Source: Candidatus Sumerlaeaceae bacterium (lineage in GTDB: Bacteria > Sumerlaeota > Sumerlaeia > Sumerlaeales > Sumerlaeaceae). Taken from it: a stretch of 64,000 bases of DNA. Below, piece after piece: positions 39,982 through 50,974 of this stretch. Location: assembly GCA_049968255.1 (NCBI GenBank), contig JBMFRB010000004.1, positions 96,001 through 160,000 of the forward strand. Direction: 5' to 3'. The stretch's first letter is position 1. Each line of letters starts with the position of its first letter. Both the position numbers and the translations under genes were made by a program. Below the pieces are notes generated by a model, which searched no databases, was not told the DNA's origin, and saw only the letters and a list, made by a program, of their open reading frames with translations.

Positions 39982-42081
39982 ATGAGCATAACAAGGCACT
40001 CCCAGTCGGATGAACCGCGTTTCACTAATCGCCTTGCGAACGAAACGTCCTTATATTTGCGTCAGCACGCACACCAGCCCGTAGATTGGTACCCTTGGGG
40101 CAACGAGGCTCTTGAACGTGCTCGCCGCGAGAACAAGCCCGTCTTTATCTCCATTGGCTACAGTGCGTGTCACTGGTGTCACGTAATGGCACACGAGTCT
40201 TTCGATAATGAAGAAATTGCCTTCTTTCTCAATCAGCACTTCGTCTCGATCAAGGTGGACCGAGAAGAGCATCCCGACGTGGACGCAGTTTATATGAACG
40301 TCTGCATGGCACTCAACGGCTCCGGGGGATGGCCCTTGACCGTATTTACAACGCCATCGCTTCATCCGATTTTTGCGGGAACTTATTTTCCGCCGACCGA
40401 CCGCGGAGGGCGGATTGGCTTCCGCACTCTGCTCGAACGCATTCTGCGCCTTTGGCAAAGCGATCCGCAGGCCCTCCAACAACAAGCGCTCACGATGACC
40501 CGCGAGCTTCAACGCTTGCTCGCCCATGAGCCGTCCCTTGCTCCTGTGACTGCTGCACCGCGCGAGCTTCTCATTGCTGCCGCTGAGGAAAATTTCGACT
40601 CGCAGCATGGCGGCTTCGGCCATGCGCCAAAATTTCCGCCCGATACCCTCTTGAGTGCGCTTCTAGCAGCGGGCACAAAATACCGCGATACACGCGCGCT
40701 CAATATGGTCGAGTTCACGCTCGACGCTATGATGCACGGCGGCCTGTACGACCAGCTTGAAGGGGGCTTTGCGCGTTATTGCGTGGACGAAGACTGGACG
40801 GTTCCACATTTCGAAAAAATGCTCTACAATCAGGCATTGCTGATCCCGCTGTACGCAGATGCCTCCGTTGTGTTCGAGCGAGCAGATTTTCTCGACGTAG
40901 CTCGCGAAACCGCTGAGTGGGTCCTCTGCAAAATGCAATCGCCAGAGGGTGGATTCTACTCGGCGCTCGACGCCGACAGTGAAGGCGAAGAGGGGAAATA
41001 CTATGTCTGGACTTCCGAGGAGCTTACCGAAGTTCTCGGTCCTGAGTTGGCGGAATTTGCAACGACGTATTTTGAAATTCCTCGAGGTGGAAATTTCGAG
41101 CGGGGATCGAGCGTTTTGCGACGAGCCCGTCACCCACAGCACTTAGCGGCACGCTTTGGCCTGACGCCTGAGATGGCCGCGCAGCGGATCCAAGATATTC
41201 GTTCGCGTCTACGCACTGCTCGCGAGCGACGTATCCCGCCTGCTACCGACGACAAAGTGATCTTGGCATGGAACGCCCTCATGGTTTCTGGGCTCCTGCG
41301 TCTCGCTCAAGTAAGTGGCATTCCACGATATGCCGAAGTGGCTCAAACGACTGTAAGGTATCTGTGGGATCGTCTTAGGCCAGCAAAGGGAAAGCTTTAC
41401 CGAATCCTCGCCGTCAAAGAAGCTAAAATTCCCGCCATTTTGGAGGACTATGCTTATCTCATTCAAGCAATGCTTGATCTTTACGAGTATACGCTCCTGC
41501 CCGAATATCTCGCGCTTGCACGTGAACTCGCCGAGGAAGCGGTGAACAAGTTTGTGGAGCCCCAGAGGGGCCGAATCTACTCGGCACTACCCGGTGATTC
41601 ATCTCTCATTTTACCCCTCGAAAACATTCACGACAGCGCTTTGCCATCGCCAGCGATAAGTTTAGTGAAATCTTTGCTCCGCCTCGATCTCATCACGGCG
41701 ACAGATGAGTGGGCCCACGTGCGCCACCTGGCTTTGTCCCGCATCCGCAAGGTATTCCGTCTCTCACCCCTCTCTGCGGCGACGGCCTATCTTGTCGCGG
41801 AGCTCGATTCCTGCCCCATTGTTTGCACCTTTTCCGGGAATCTCCTCGCGCCGCAGCTGCGTGAGATTCATTCAGTGCTCATGCAAAATTACCTACCTAC
41901 CCGAATCGTACGCGTAGCTCACACCGAAAGCCAAGATATGTCAGCTCCAACCTCGGCGGACTCGTTTGTTGTGAGTGGTGCAAGCCTTAAAATTTGTCTA
42001 GGCGATCGGTGCCTCGAGCCGATCTACTCAGCTGCGCACCTCAAGGCGCTGATGGGCAACGAGTTACTGGCCTCTACTTGA
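39982..42081 (+). CDS. YyaL/DUF255 family thioredoxin-domain protein with (alpha/alpha)6 barrel
   Basis: '[15 protein letters not shown]', '[12 protein letters not shown]', '[10 protein letters not shown]', 'GGWPLTVF', '[11 protein letters not shown]'. Confidence 0.92.
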   Translation: MSITRHSQSDEPRFTNRLANETSLYLRQHAHQPVDWYPWGNEALERARRENKPVFISIGYSACHWCHVMAHESFDNEEIAFFLNQHFVSIKVDREEHPDVDAVYMNVCMALNGSGGWPLTVFTTPSLHPIFAGTYFPPTDRGGRIGFRTLLERILRLWQSDPQALQQQALTMTRELQRLLAHEPSLAPVTAAPRELLIAAAEENFDSQHGGFGHAPKFPPDTLLSALLAAGTKYRDTRALNMVEFTLDAMMHGGLYDQLEGGFARYCVDEDWTVPHFEKMLYNQALLIPLYADASVVFERADFLDVARETAEWVLCKMQSPEGGFYSALDADSEGEEGKYYVWTSEELTEVLGPELAEFATTYFEIPRGGNFERGSSVLRRARHPQHLAARFGLTPEMAAQRIQDIRSRLRTARERRIPPATDDKVILAWNALMVSGLLRLAQVSGIPRYAEVAQTTVRYLWDRLRPAKGKLYRILAVKEAKIPAILEDYAYLIQAMLDLYEYTLLPEYLALARELAEEAVNKFVEPQRGRIYSALPGDSSLILPLENIHDSALPSPAISLVKSLLRLDLITATDEWAHVRHLALSRIRKVFRLSPLSAATAYLVAELDSCPIVCTFSGNLLAPQLREIHSVLMQNYLPTRIVRVAHTESQDMSAPTSADSFVVSGASLKICLGDRCLEPIYSAAHLKALMGNELLAST

Positions 42082-43195
42082 ACCAGGCCAATAAACTTGG
42101 AACCAGGGGGATGAGTGAAATTGCTATCAAGATAATGATAATCCACTCTAGGGCTTCGAGACGTCGCGTGGCGGCTCGGTCGGAGAGTTTCTGATAAATA
42201 CTCTCCAGCGCACTCAGCTTGCGCAGAATACTTGCGTCCCAATCAGGAAGATGGAAACGTCGCGAAGTTGCCACGTAAACTCGGGCCAGCCACTGATCCC
42301 CCAGTAACTTTAGCGCATTGTTCACACCCTCAAAAAGGATAGCGCAGTCCGCCTGGAGTTGGGCTACGCGCTCAATTTCGTGATCCACGCTAAAGAGCTG
42401 TTGCCACCACTTTTTCGGCGGTCCCGTGAGCGTTCTATAGGCTTGTTCGAGACCGTCGTCGAGTTCCTGATCCATGCAGCGCATCTCAAGCAACTCGACG
42501 TTAGCAAACTCAAGTACGGTGCGCACCTCCTCCGGATTTTCATCGAACACAATGGCCGACGCCCAGTCAATAATAGTAAGGTCATTCGGGCCGCAACTCA
42601 TGCACACGGAAAGAGCGTCAGCAATTTCCTGACTAGAGAGAGGGAAATCTTCTGCGCGAAGAATCTGCGCCATGACTCCCCGTTGTGTCGTGAGAAAGGA
42701 TTCCGGTGTTTGCGCACCGCAGATAGATAAAATCTCGTAAATAAAATAATCCTCTACAAAATCGCTAACCCGTGGTCGCACAATAGCATCACGCACGATC
42801 GCAACGATTTCCTCCACTTGTCGGCGAGAATCCGACAGCAGCAGAGGATTGTCGTAAAGTGCGCGGCTGAGCTGAAGAACCTCTTCGAGGCCACCCGAAA
42901 ATGGAATACAGTAGGAGAGCTGAGCGGCGCCGAAGTCGAAGAGCGTCACTTCCACCGAGGCCTCGCTGCGAAACTGCGCAATGGGAAAACTTTGCGCACG
43001 TCGCGTCACCCGCACAGGCAGGGGTCGATATTCAAAGTACGGCGGCGCTTTCCGCTTGTGGCGAAGTCCGCCGCGTTTTGATTCCTCAGCCAAAATTCTC
43101 TCGCACGCATCCAGATCTATTGCCATCCCCACATCGTAAGCAAAAAGCGCAATGCACTCCCCGCGCTCGATTTTGACCTGCGGACCGTTGTTCAT
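42074..43195 (-). CDS. RMD1/DUF155-like membrane-anchored protein
   Basis: '[13 protein letters not shown]', '[14 protein letters not shown]', C-terminal TM '[11 protein letters not shown]'. Confidence 0.7.
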   Translation of the reverse strand: MNNGPQVKIERGECIALFAYDVGMAIDLDACERILAEESKRGGLRHKRKAPPYFEYRPLPVRVTRRAQSFPIAQFRSEASVEVTLFDFGAAQLSYCIPFSGGLEEVLQLSRALYDNPLLLSDSRRQVEEIVAIVRDAIVRPRVSDFVEDYFIYEILSICGAQTPESFLTTQRGVMAQILRAEDFPLSSQEIADALSVCMSCGPNDLTIIDWASAIVFDENPEEVRTVLEFANVELLEMRCMDQELDDGLEQAYRTLTGPPKKWWQQLFSVDHEIERVAQLQADCAILFEGVNNALKLLGDQWLARVYVATSRRFHLPDWDASILRKLSALESIYQKLSDRAATRRLEALEWIIIILIAISLIPLVPSLLAWFK

Positions 43196-43303
43196 TTTTG
43201 CGTTCTTTTCCGACACCGGCGTCTCTCCCGCACAACTCACCACGACCACTAGGAGAGATCGCCTAATGCGCCAGCCAAAAGTCAACCCAGAGCAGGCACG
43301 CCG

Positions 43304-43540
43304 TCATTGAACCTCGAAGACTTTTTCGCGCGAACTAGCGCCGCGGACCAACACAAGCCGGCTTGGCGCCAGTCCTAGCTCGTTCCCCAAGAGCTTGCAC
43401 ACAGCGTCGTTGGCCTTGCCTTTGTCGGGAGGCGCCGTTGTCCAGACTTCGAAACGGTCGGGGCCATGTTGCTCAACTTTCTCACGCCGAGCACGTGGAT
43501 GTACCTTCACAAAAATAACTTTAGCCTCTGCTTTTGCCAT
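43304..43540 (-). CDS. DUF167 (YggU/UPF0235) protein
   Basis: 'VKVHPRAR', 'APPDKGKAN', 'GASSREK'. Confidence 0.88.
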   Translation of the reverse strand: MAKAEAKVIFVKVHPRARREKVEQHGPDRFEVWTTAPPDKGKANDAVCKLLGNELGLAPSRLVLVRGASSREKVFEVQ

Positions 43541-43556
43541 CTGTGGTCGCGGTTAC

Positions 43557-44963
43557 CTATTTCCCGATACAAAACCGAGAAAAGATGCGATCGAGAATTT
43601 CCTCACCTGTTCCCAGTCCAACAATTGCCCCAAGCTCGGCAATTGCCTCTTGTAATTCTAAAGAGATAAACTCGGGCGGCATTCCTCGTGATAACCCATC
43701 GAGCGCCCGTTTGAGTGCCTCGCTGGCTCGACCTAAGCAATTGGCATGGCGCAAATTAGTGATGCAGACCTCTTGGGCCGCTGGTTCTGCGCCGATTAAA
43801 CGTTCGCGAATGAGTTTTTCGAGTGCGTCTAACCCTATTCGCAGTGTGCAAGAGATCCGAACCACGGGGAAGTCTTGTTGCGCGAATTCCCTTTCGAGCT
43901 CCGTGACAGCGTCCTGCGGAGCCACATCAATCTTATTCAGAGCCACGATCAGTCGCTCGCGATAATTTGCGATTGGAGGCAAGCACTCAAACGCCTCCAA
44001 CACGCTGGGTACTGAACAGTCTATCACCCACACCACAACGTCCGCGTGCGAGACCTCCTGCCGTGACCGCTCGATACCGAGGGCCTCAATCTCGTCCTGG
44101 GTATCGCGAAGCCCGGCGGTATCCACGAGTGTAATGGGTAGATCCATCAAATCCACGGTGCTCTCGATCGTGTCGCGTGTGGTTCCTGGATGCGGTGTCA
44201 CAATAGCTCGCTCGCGGCCAACCAGCGCATTGAACAGACTGGACTTGCCAGCATTGGGGGCACCCACGAGTGCGACCCGTGCTCCTTCCACAGCCACTTG
44301 CCCCACTCGGAATGTCTTCAAAAGTCGGGAAATCTCCGACTCCACTCGCTGGAGCATCTCCGTATGTTTCTCGAGCGCGGGAAAAGGGATGTCTTCCTCA
44401 GGAAAATCAATCCACGCTTCTAACTCAGCTGTTGCGTCAAGTAACTCCTCGCGGAGCTCATGGATTGCTCGGGAAAGTCCGCCCTCGAGCTGGCGTAGGG
44501 CAAGCCGGTGCGAGAGCTTCGTTTGAGCCGCTACGAGATTGGCCACAGCTTCAGCTTGTGCCAGGTCGAGTCGCCCGTTGAAAAACGCGCGCTGCGTGAA
44601 CTCACCTGGCCGCGCTAGCCGTGCCCCCTTTTCCACGCATGCACCAACGACGCTCTGCACGATGATTGGGCTTCCGTGCAGGTGAAACTCGACAACATCC
44701 TCACCCGTGAAGCTGCGCGGTGCACGCATGACAGTCGCCAGACAGTCATCGAGAATCTCTCCACTCGGCGAAACAATACACCCTCGATATAAACGATGCG
44801 ACTCGAACTCTGAGACGCGTCTGTTCCCCGCTGGTCGAAATAAAGCTTCGCCTATAGCCACCGCTTGCGGGCCGCTAAGGCGGACAATCGCCACAGCCGC
44901 CCGAGTGCTGCCCGTCGCAGGCGCAACTATCGTATCATTCTCCAATGAAAACGCGTTGCTCAT
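43557..44963 (-). CDS. mnmE: tRNA modification GTPase MnmE (TrmE)
   Basis: 'DTIVAPAT', 'SFTGEDVVE', GAPNAGKSS, GTTRD, DTAG, NKID, C-terminal 'FCIGK'. Confidence 0.97.
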   Translation of the reverse strand: MSNAFSLENDTIVAPATGSTRAAVAIVRLSGPQAVAIGEALFRPAGNRRVSEFESHRLYRGCIVSPSGEILDDCLATVMRAPRSFTGEDVVEFHLHGSPIIVQSVVGACVEKGARLARPGEFTQRAFFNGRLDLAQAEAVANLVAAQTKLSHRLALRQLEGGLSRAIHELREELLDATAELEAWIDFPEEDIPFPALEKHTEMLQRVESEISRLLKTFRVGQVAVEGARVALVGAPNAGKSSLFNALVGRERAIVTPHPGTTRDTIESTVDLMDLPITLVDTAGLRDTQDEIEALGIERSRQEVSHADVVVWVIDCSVPSVLEAFECLPPIANYRERLIVALNKIDVAPQDAVTELEREFAQQDFPVVRISCTLRIGLDALEKLIRERLIGAEPAAQEVCITNLRHANCLGRASEALKRALDGLSRGMPPEFISLELQEAIAELGAIVGLGTGEEILDRIFSRFCIGK

Positions 44964-45140
44964 CAAATACCCTTGTTGTGATGTGACCTTGTTTTTTTGC
45001 ATCGCAAAACTGAAAATCCCGCACAACGGGGAAAAAGCCGATAAAGCCCGGATACCTCAGAGCGAACGCTTGCCTTTGTCCGTAGTGATGAGTGCAGTAT
45101 ATTTCGAATGTAACCAAACAATAGCAAGCTAAGGTGCGCA

Positions 45141-45983
45141 ATGAGCGAATTGCTAAAAGTGTGGACGCAACCCGAACTGAGTGAGCACTTTCAACGGGCG
45201 GGGCTGGCAGCGGGCGACGCCGTGATTCTCCACTCTTCGCTAAAAAGGTTAGGGCAAGTCCAAGGAGGAGCTGAAACAGTGGTGGAAGCACTCCTCGACG
45301 TCATTGGACCTCAAGGCCATCTGCTTGTCCCCACTTTCACTTACTGTCTCCCCCTCTGGAACATCCCGCCGTTTGATATCGACGCGACAAAATCGCGTGT
45401 CGGCGTAATCACAGAAACAATCCGCCTGCGGCCTGACGCTGTGCGCAGCTTTCATCCCACACATTCGGTTGCGGTGATCGGACCAGACAAAGAAGCTCTC
45501 ACGCGGAATCATCTCCACGCAACCCCTCTCGGCGTGGATTGCCCGTTTGACCGCATGCGAAAGTATGGAGCCAAAATACTCATGCTCGGCACCACACAGG
45601 ATACAAACTCCTCGCTCCATCTGTGCGAGGTGCTGGCCAAGTTGCCCTACATCCACGTCACCTTCAGCGATAACCAAAATTTCGAGCTTGCTTGGTTCAT
45701 AAACGAGGAACAACAAGTCGAGTATGTGCCGATCTATGAAGTTCCCGGCTGCTCACGCGGCTTTCGTGTTGTCGAGGAACCTTTGCGACGTGCAGGCGTA
45801 CTGCGCGATGTCGTCGTCGGATATGCTCCGTCACAACTCCTCCTGCTCAACGATCTTATCGAAGCCATGAATGAGCTGCTGACGGCGAACCCAACCCTTC
45901 TGCTGTGTCGCAACGAGCAGTGCACAATTTGCTCGAAACGAAGAGCGTATATGAGAGAGATAGCCGGCCCAGCTGACAGCTGA
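45141..45983 (+). CDS. AAC(3)/YokD family N-acetyltransferase
   Basis: 'LHSSLKRLG', 'LLVPTFT', 'RSFHPTHS', 'SSLHLCE'; C-terminal 'CRNEQCTIC'. Confidence 0.88.
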   Translation: MSELLKVWTQPELSEHFQRAGLAAGDAVILHSSLKRLGQVQGGAETVVEALLDVIGPQGHLLVPTFTYCLPLWNIPPFDIDATKSRVGVITETIRLRPDAVRSFHPTHSVAVIGPDKEALTRNHLHATPLGVDCPFDRMRKYGAKILMLGTTQDTNSSLHLCEVLAKLPYIHVTFSDNQNFELAWFINEEQQVEYVPIYEVPGCSRGFRVVEEPLRRAGVLRDVVVGYAPSQLLLLNDLIEAMNELLTANPTLLLCRNEQCTICSKRRAYMREIAGPADS

Positions 45984-46014
45984 CCATCACTCCGGCCAGA
46001 ACTGTAAAGGGAGC

Positions 46015-47289
46015 TTGTGCGAATTGGACAGATCAAAGAATCGCACCCTTTTCACAAATGCTGACGCTAGCTACATGCGTCGCGCTCTTGAGCTCGCTGC
46101 GCGCGGGCACGGACAAACCGCGCCTAACCCCATGGTAGGCGCGATTATCGTAAAAAATAATCAAATCATCGGCGAAGGATGGCATCGCGCTGCAGGCCTA
46201 CCGCACGCTGAAATTGAGGCTATTTCTAGCGCAGAGGAAGATGTCGAAGGCGCAACTCTCTACGTCACCCTCGAACCGTGTTGCCATCATGGCAAGACTC
46301 CTCCGTGCACAGACGAACTCATTGCCCGACGTTTTGCGCGCATTGTCGTTGCAACTCTAGACCCCAACCCCTTGGTTGCCGGCAAAGGGATCGAAGCGTT
46401 GCGCTCGGCCGGAATTCGTGTGGATGTGGGCCTTTGCGAGGCTGAGGCACGCCGCCTCAATGAGTTTTTTTTCACCTATCATGAGAAAAAACGCCCCTTT
46501 TTGATCTGCAAGTGGGCAATGACACTCGACGGCAAGATTGCCACCGAGAGTGGCCACTCGCGTTGGATCACCAACGAACTCAGTCGCGCCTTCGTCCATG
46601 AGCTTCGCGCACAAGTTGACGGAGTGATGGTCGGCGTCGGTACCGTTCTCACGGACAACCCCCTTCTCACCGTCCGACTTGAAGGCTATGCAGGGCGCCA
46701 GCCGTATCGCATTATCGCCGATGGCAATCTTCGCATACCCCTGCGGGCCAAGTGTTTGACGTTATCAAAAAAAGGGGAAGTCATCATCTGCACCAGCAGC
46801 ATGGCACCTCAGGATAAAGTTGCCAAACTGCGTGCCATGGGCCACGAGGTGATTGTGTTTCCTGGCAAAGCACTTCTCGATTTTCACGAGGTCATGGCTG
46901 AGCTGGCGCGACGGGGAATTCAATCCATTCTCTGCGAAGGCGGCAGCGGCCTGACAGGTGCACTCTTTCAGGCGCAGCTCGTCGACAAGATCATTGCCTT
47001 CGTGGCTCCGAAAATCGTTGGCGGCCTCAACGCCAAAACACCCATCGCGTCCTGGGGGGTCATGCACATGGACGCCGCCATCGATTTGCACGACGTCGTC
47101 ATTCGACGCTTTGGCTCCGATGTATGCGTTGAAGGCTACATCGCTCCGGCTGAATGGCATAAGGTCCCGGCAAAGCGTCATCCCTCCTCCTCAGCATTAT
47201 TGCCGCCCGCACCGCCGAGTGAAATGGTTGAGCCCGAGTCGAAAACGGCACGCCTGTCCAAACATGCATCGCCTGAGGTGGAGCAATGA
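46015..47289 (+). CDS. ribD: Riboflavin biosynthesis bifunctional deaminase/reductase
   Basis: 'PNPMVG', HAE, '[14 protein letters not shown]', 'AMTLDGKIA', 'EGG'. Confidence 0.96.
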   Translation: MCELDRSKNRTLFTNADASYMRRALELAARGHGQTAPNPMVGAIIVKNNQIIGEGWHRAAGLPHAEIEAISSAEEDVEGATLYVTLEPCCHHGKTPPCTDELIARRFARIVVATLDPNPLVAGKGIEALRSAGIRVDVGLCEAEARRLNEFFFTYHEKKRPFLICKWAMTLDGKIATESGHSRWITNELSRAFVHELRAQVDGVMVGVGTVLTDNPLLTVRLEGYAGRQPYRIIADGNLRIPLRAKCLTLSKKGEVIICTSSMAPQDKVAKLRAMGHEVIVFPGKALLDFHEVMAELARRGIQSILCEGGSGLTGALFQAQLVDKIIAFVAPKIVGGLNAKTPIASWGVMHMDAAIDLHDVVIRRFGSDVCVEGYIAPAEWHKVPAKRHPSSSALLPPAPPSEMVEPESKTARLSKHASPEVEQ

Positions 47290-47897
47290 AACGAATGCTT
47301 TTGGGGATTGCCGGCGGAAGTGGATCCGGCAAGACCCTTGTTGCCAAGTCCATTGGCGAAGCAGTCGGCCGCCAGGTGGTTGTCATTGGGCAGGATTCTT
47401 ATTACCTCGATCACTCAGAGCTACCCGTCGAGGAACGGGCCAAGATCAATTACGATCACCCCGATGCGTTCGACACACCGCTGCTCGTCGAACACCTTAG
47501 TAAACTTCGGCGCGGCGAACCGATCGCGATGCCCATCTACAATTATGCCATGCATGCACGGCTCAACGAGACGATCCGTGTTGAGCCAGCGCCCATCATC
47601 ATCGTCGAAGGCATTCTTGTGTTGGCTATTCCCGCCATTCGCGAGCTTCTCGACGTGAAAATTTTCGTGGATACGGATGCCGACGTGCGTTTTATCCGAC
47701 GGCTCTCGCGCGATGTCAAAGAACGTGGCCGATCGCTCCAATCCGTCGTTGATCAATATCTCAACGTGGTGCGCCTCATGCACTTAGAATTTGTCGAGCC
47801 GTCAAAGCGCTATGCTGACATCATCGTGCCTGAGGGTGGTTACAACAAGGTGGCTATTGATTTTATTGTCACCAAGCTCAAGACGCTTCTCGACTGA
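47286..47897 (+). CDS. udk: Uridine kinase
   Basis: GGSGSGKT, 'NYDHPDAFD', 'EGIL', 'RDVKERGR', 'EPSKRYAD'. Confidence 0.96.
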   Translation: MKRMLLGIAGGSGSGKTLVAKSIGEAVGRQVVVIGQDSYYLDHSELPVEERAKINYDHPDAFDTPLLVEHLSKLRRGEPIAMPIYNYAMHARLNETIRVEPAPIIIVEGILVLAIPAIRELLDVKIFVDTDADVRFIRRLSRDVKERGRSLQSVVDQYLNVVRLMHLEFVEPSKRYADIIVPEGGYNKVAIDFIVTKLKTLLD

Positions 47898-48047
47898 CCA
47901 CGGGAGGACGTTGGAGGACAATGCTGAAAAATCTCGCTGCTCTCGCAAGCGTGTTCGTTATTCCCCTGGCGCTTTATCTTGGGTGGAACAAGCACTACCT
48001 CGCGGCCTGGCTGCTCATGCTTGCCTACGCGGCGGCGCTTGGCTATC

Positions 48048-49118
48048 TTAGTTTTGAGGATAGGTCACGTCGCTAGGGGTGGATAGGGCGCTAGCCTCCT
48101 CCTCCGCCTGGCGGCTAGGTAGGGTCTCATCCAGCACAGCTCGCCGGATTTGCCAGAATTGATAATCCAACGTATCAACTAAGTATTCGCGATAAGCGCG
48201 ATGAAAAAACTCTCTGGCCTTGGCTCGCTGCTGATGTGCGAGACACAGGACCCCTAAATAGTAATTTGTCCCGAAATCCTCGGGGCCAATCATCAGCACA
48301 CGCTCGAAGCAATCCAGTGCCTCATCGTATCGGCCAAGCCGAGCATTGCAGCGTCCACGCACCGCAAGCACAGGGTCTTCGGATTGGTCTACTGGCGGAA
48401 TTCTGTCGAGAAACGACAACGCTGTTTCGTAGGCACAAAGCATCTCGCAGGCTACGGCACACGCGAACAAATCACCTGCATCAAGCCCCCCCTGCATGGG
48501 CTCCGCCTGCATGAGTGCTAAAAAACGCTCGTACTCCTTCGCGCGAAAAGCCCGCACCGCAGCACGCCGCAAAGCCAAGCGCGAGCGTCGCCCTTCCGTT
48601 GGTAGCAGACGCTCATCGTTGGGCAGGATAGCGGGCCGTGGTGCGAAGAAACGCCCGGCCTCGAGCCATTGATCCTCCACCCACTCTGTGATGCGGACGA
48701 GAAAACCGCGGTTGGTCGCGAAACCATGGCGCTCGAAATACATGCGTCCTAAATCTTGTGCGCCTGAGGCAAATTGAGCTAGCGCCCAGTAGGACCCCAC
48801 AACTTCATTGCGCGGCGCTAGCTCTTTAGCTCTGCTCCAGAGTGCCGTTGCTTTCTCCCACTGCGCTGCATCCCATGCTGCTATACCAGCAAACAAATAA
48901 GCGGGCACAAAATCGGTGTGCTTCGCAATGAGCTTATCGAGAAGCTCAAGCGCTTGCGATGAGTGCCCCGCCTCATTCAGAATCACTGCGCGTTGCAATG
49001 GTAGCCGCGGATCAGCGCTTCGCTGCTCGGTCGATAACAACAATTGGCAAGCCTCCTGCCACTGGCCGAGGACAACCAGTTTGCTAGCTTTTCTGAGGGC
49101 GTAACTTGACATCGCCAT
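48048..49118 (-). CDS. Tetratricopeptide-repeat protein
   Basis: TPR-like helices 'AYLFAGIAAW', 'RGRCNARLGRYDEALDCFE', 'NYYLGVLCL'. Confidence 0.75.
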   Translation of the reverse strand: MAMSSYALRKASKLVVLGQWQEACQLLLSTEQRSADPRLPLQRAVILNEAGHSSQALELLDKLIAKHTDFVPAYLFAGIAAWDAAQWEKATALWSRAKELAPRNEVVGSYWALAQFASGAQDLGRMYFERHGFATNRGFLVRITEWVEDQWLEAGRFFAPRPAILPNDERLLPTEGRRSRLALRRAAVRAFRAKEYERFLALMQAEPMQGGLDAGDLFACAVACEMLCAYETALSFLDRIPPVDQSEDPVLAVRGRCNARLGRYDEALDCFERVLMIGPEDFGTNYYLGVLCLAHQQRAKAREFFHRAYREYLVDTLDYQFWQIRRAVLDETLPSRQAEEEASALSTPSDVTYPQN

Positions 49119-49162
49119 CTCTTTGCTTGCGTATGACTTCCTGTGACAAGGGAATTGCATCA

Positions 49163-49459
49163 ATGGATATCGCGCGCATTATAGGCACAATTGTGGCGAC
49201 GCGGAAAGTTCCTTCACTCGAAGGGGTGACCATCTGCGTCATCCAGCCACTTAATGCGCAGTTGCGCGAGGTTGGTCAGCCACTGATTGCCACCGATGCC
49301 ACATCACGCCATGGCATTGGCGAAATTGTTTATTACGTCGCCAGCGGAGATGCGGTTTTTACAGGACTGCAGGGACAAGATATTCCTGTAGACGCTGCAA
49401 TCGTCGGAATTGTGGATTCGTTAGATGTGCCGGAGAACTTGGAGCAACTGGAATTTTAG
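49163..49459 (+). CDS. EutN/CcmL family microcompartment vertex (pentamer) protein
   Basis: 'MDIARIIGTIVATRKVPSLEG', 'LIATD', 'GIGEIV', 'PVDAAIVGIVD'. Confidence 0.92.
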   Translation: MDIARIIGTIVATRKVPSLEGVTICVIQPLNAQLREVGQPLIATDATSRHGIGEIVYYVASGDAVFTGLQGQDIPVDAAIVGIVDSLDVPENLEQLEF

Positions 49460-50874
49460 CGACTTTGTTTTTCAGGTTCTTTTTCCGTGCCCTTGCTGCC
49501 ACCTACCAGCAATCGAGGCACTTCGAAAAGATTGTTTCGCGCGAGCGTGACGATTGTCACCGGCGCCTGCCGCGGAATCATGCGCGTGGCATATTGCACG
49601 ACGAGCCCGAAATTCCACGCTGTGCCCACCGCAAAAATTAGGAAAACAAGCCATGCCCATTTTCGCTCGAGCCGTGCCACGACCGCTGCCACGCCTATGG
49701 CCAGGGAAGGCAAGGTGCTGATAAACATTCGCTGGCCGAAGCTAGCGCCCGCCCACCAAATGCTCCAACTCCCGACAACCCACCCCTGAGCTGCAAAACC
49801 TGCGGCTGCGTAAAGCCGCGGTTTCCGCGGCACCGATCGCAATGCAAACCCAATGAGGCCGAGCAAAAGAACTGGGTGCCAATGAAACAATCCATGGAAC
49901 GGACTAAACAGCGCCGACAACACGTGCCTCGGATAAAACAAATCCACCTGCCCCTGTGAGAGATACCCTCTAGGGCCACTAAAGGCTGAGCCATGAAGGA
50001 CTTTCCATGCTGCGAGTTGAAGCAAGCACACGCTAAAAAAGCAGCCACCACAGGCGGCCCATCGCTTGGCTCTGCGCAGAAGAGACATCCAAATTCGTCG
50101 GTCCCACCCACAGTGGCGCGCGAGCTCAAGTAGCCGCCAAATTTCAGCCAGTGCAATCGGGAGCAACAAGATTCCGTCCTGAAACCGAGTCAGCGTGAGA
50201 AGTCCAGCCACTGCGCCCATGCCCAACCATTTACTGGCAGAATCGGGGCCCCGCCAGTAGAGATAACTGATAAGCACTGACAAGAAGAAGCTGTTGGCAT
50301 GGCTCATCGAAGGATGCAGGTACATGTAAAAAAACAACGGTGTCGCCAGCCACGTGATGAGCACTGTCCAGAAAGCCGTTTGCCGGCTCACCCATTTTCG
50401 AAGAAGGACGTAGAGCAAGAAAAGGCCGAGGCTTGCGTATGTTGCGGATGCATAGCCAACGGCGCATTCGTAGAGCCGCGAATACCCATCGAGCGTCACC
50501 TCCACGCCGAACTTACGCAGGACACTCGCTCCGCTATGGAAAGCGAGGACCCAAGGCGCCCACAGCACTGAGCTGCCGACCCCATAGAGGTTAATGGGTC
50601 GTCCCGTGATCGAATCACGCGGAATCAGTTTGTTGTCAAACCACTCCGCGGAATTCGAAAAATAATGAGTGTATTCATTCGTAAAATCGAGGTCACCATC
50701 GATCAAAACCGAGCGCAGATAGGCATAATTCTGCACCCCGTCGTTGCCGTGAATCGAAGGGCGTGTAACGAGCACTAATGAAAAAAGGAGCAGAAAAACC
50801 AGCCAACGCGTTTCGCGGACTGCCCACTCCCTCACGATGCATCTGATTCGTGTGCGGACATTCTCTGCGTTCAA
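49456..50874 (-). CDS. GT-C (PMT/ArnT-like) multipass membrane glycosyltransferase (start uncertain)
   Basis: 'NDGVQNYAYLRS..IDGDLDF' first-loop acidic motif, 'PSMSH', 'LTRFQD', 'WWAGASFGQRMF'; more than 10 TM segments. Confidence 0.72.
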   Translation of the reverse strand: MNAENVRTRIRCIVREWAVRETRWLVFLLLFSLVLVTRPSIHGNDGVQNYAYLRSVLIDGDLDFTNEYTHYFSNSAEWFDNKLIPRDSITGRPINLYGVGSSVLWAPWVLAFHSGASVLRKFGVEVTLDGYSRLYECAVGYASATYASLGLFLLYVLLRKWVSRQTAFWTVLITWLATPLFFYMYLHPSMSHANSFFLSVLISYLYWRGPDSASKWLGMGAVAGLLTLTRFQDGILLLPIALAEIWRLLELARHCGWDRRIWMSLLRRAKRWAACGGCFFSVCLLQLAAWKVLHGSAFSGPRGYLSQGQVDLFYPRHVLSALFSPFHGLFHWHPVLLLGLIGFALRSVPRKPRLYAAAGFAAQGWVVGSWSIWWAGASFGQRMFISTLPSLAIGVAAVVARLERKWAWLVFLIFAVGTAWNFGLVVQYATRMIPRQAPVTIVTLARNNLFEVPRLLVGGSKGTEKEPEKQSR

Positions 50875-50974
50875 TTTTTCGACTACATTCTTGACTGCAA
50901 AGATAGAGAAATACGGTAAGATCGACAACGAGGACGAAAAAAACATGTGTGACAACGAGAAAGTGAAGCAAGCC

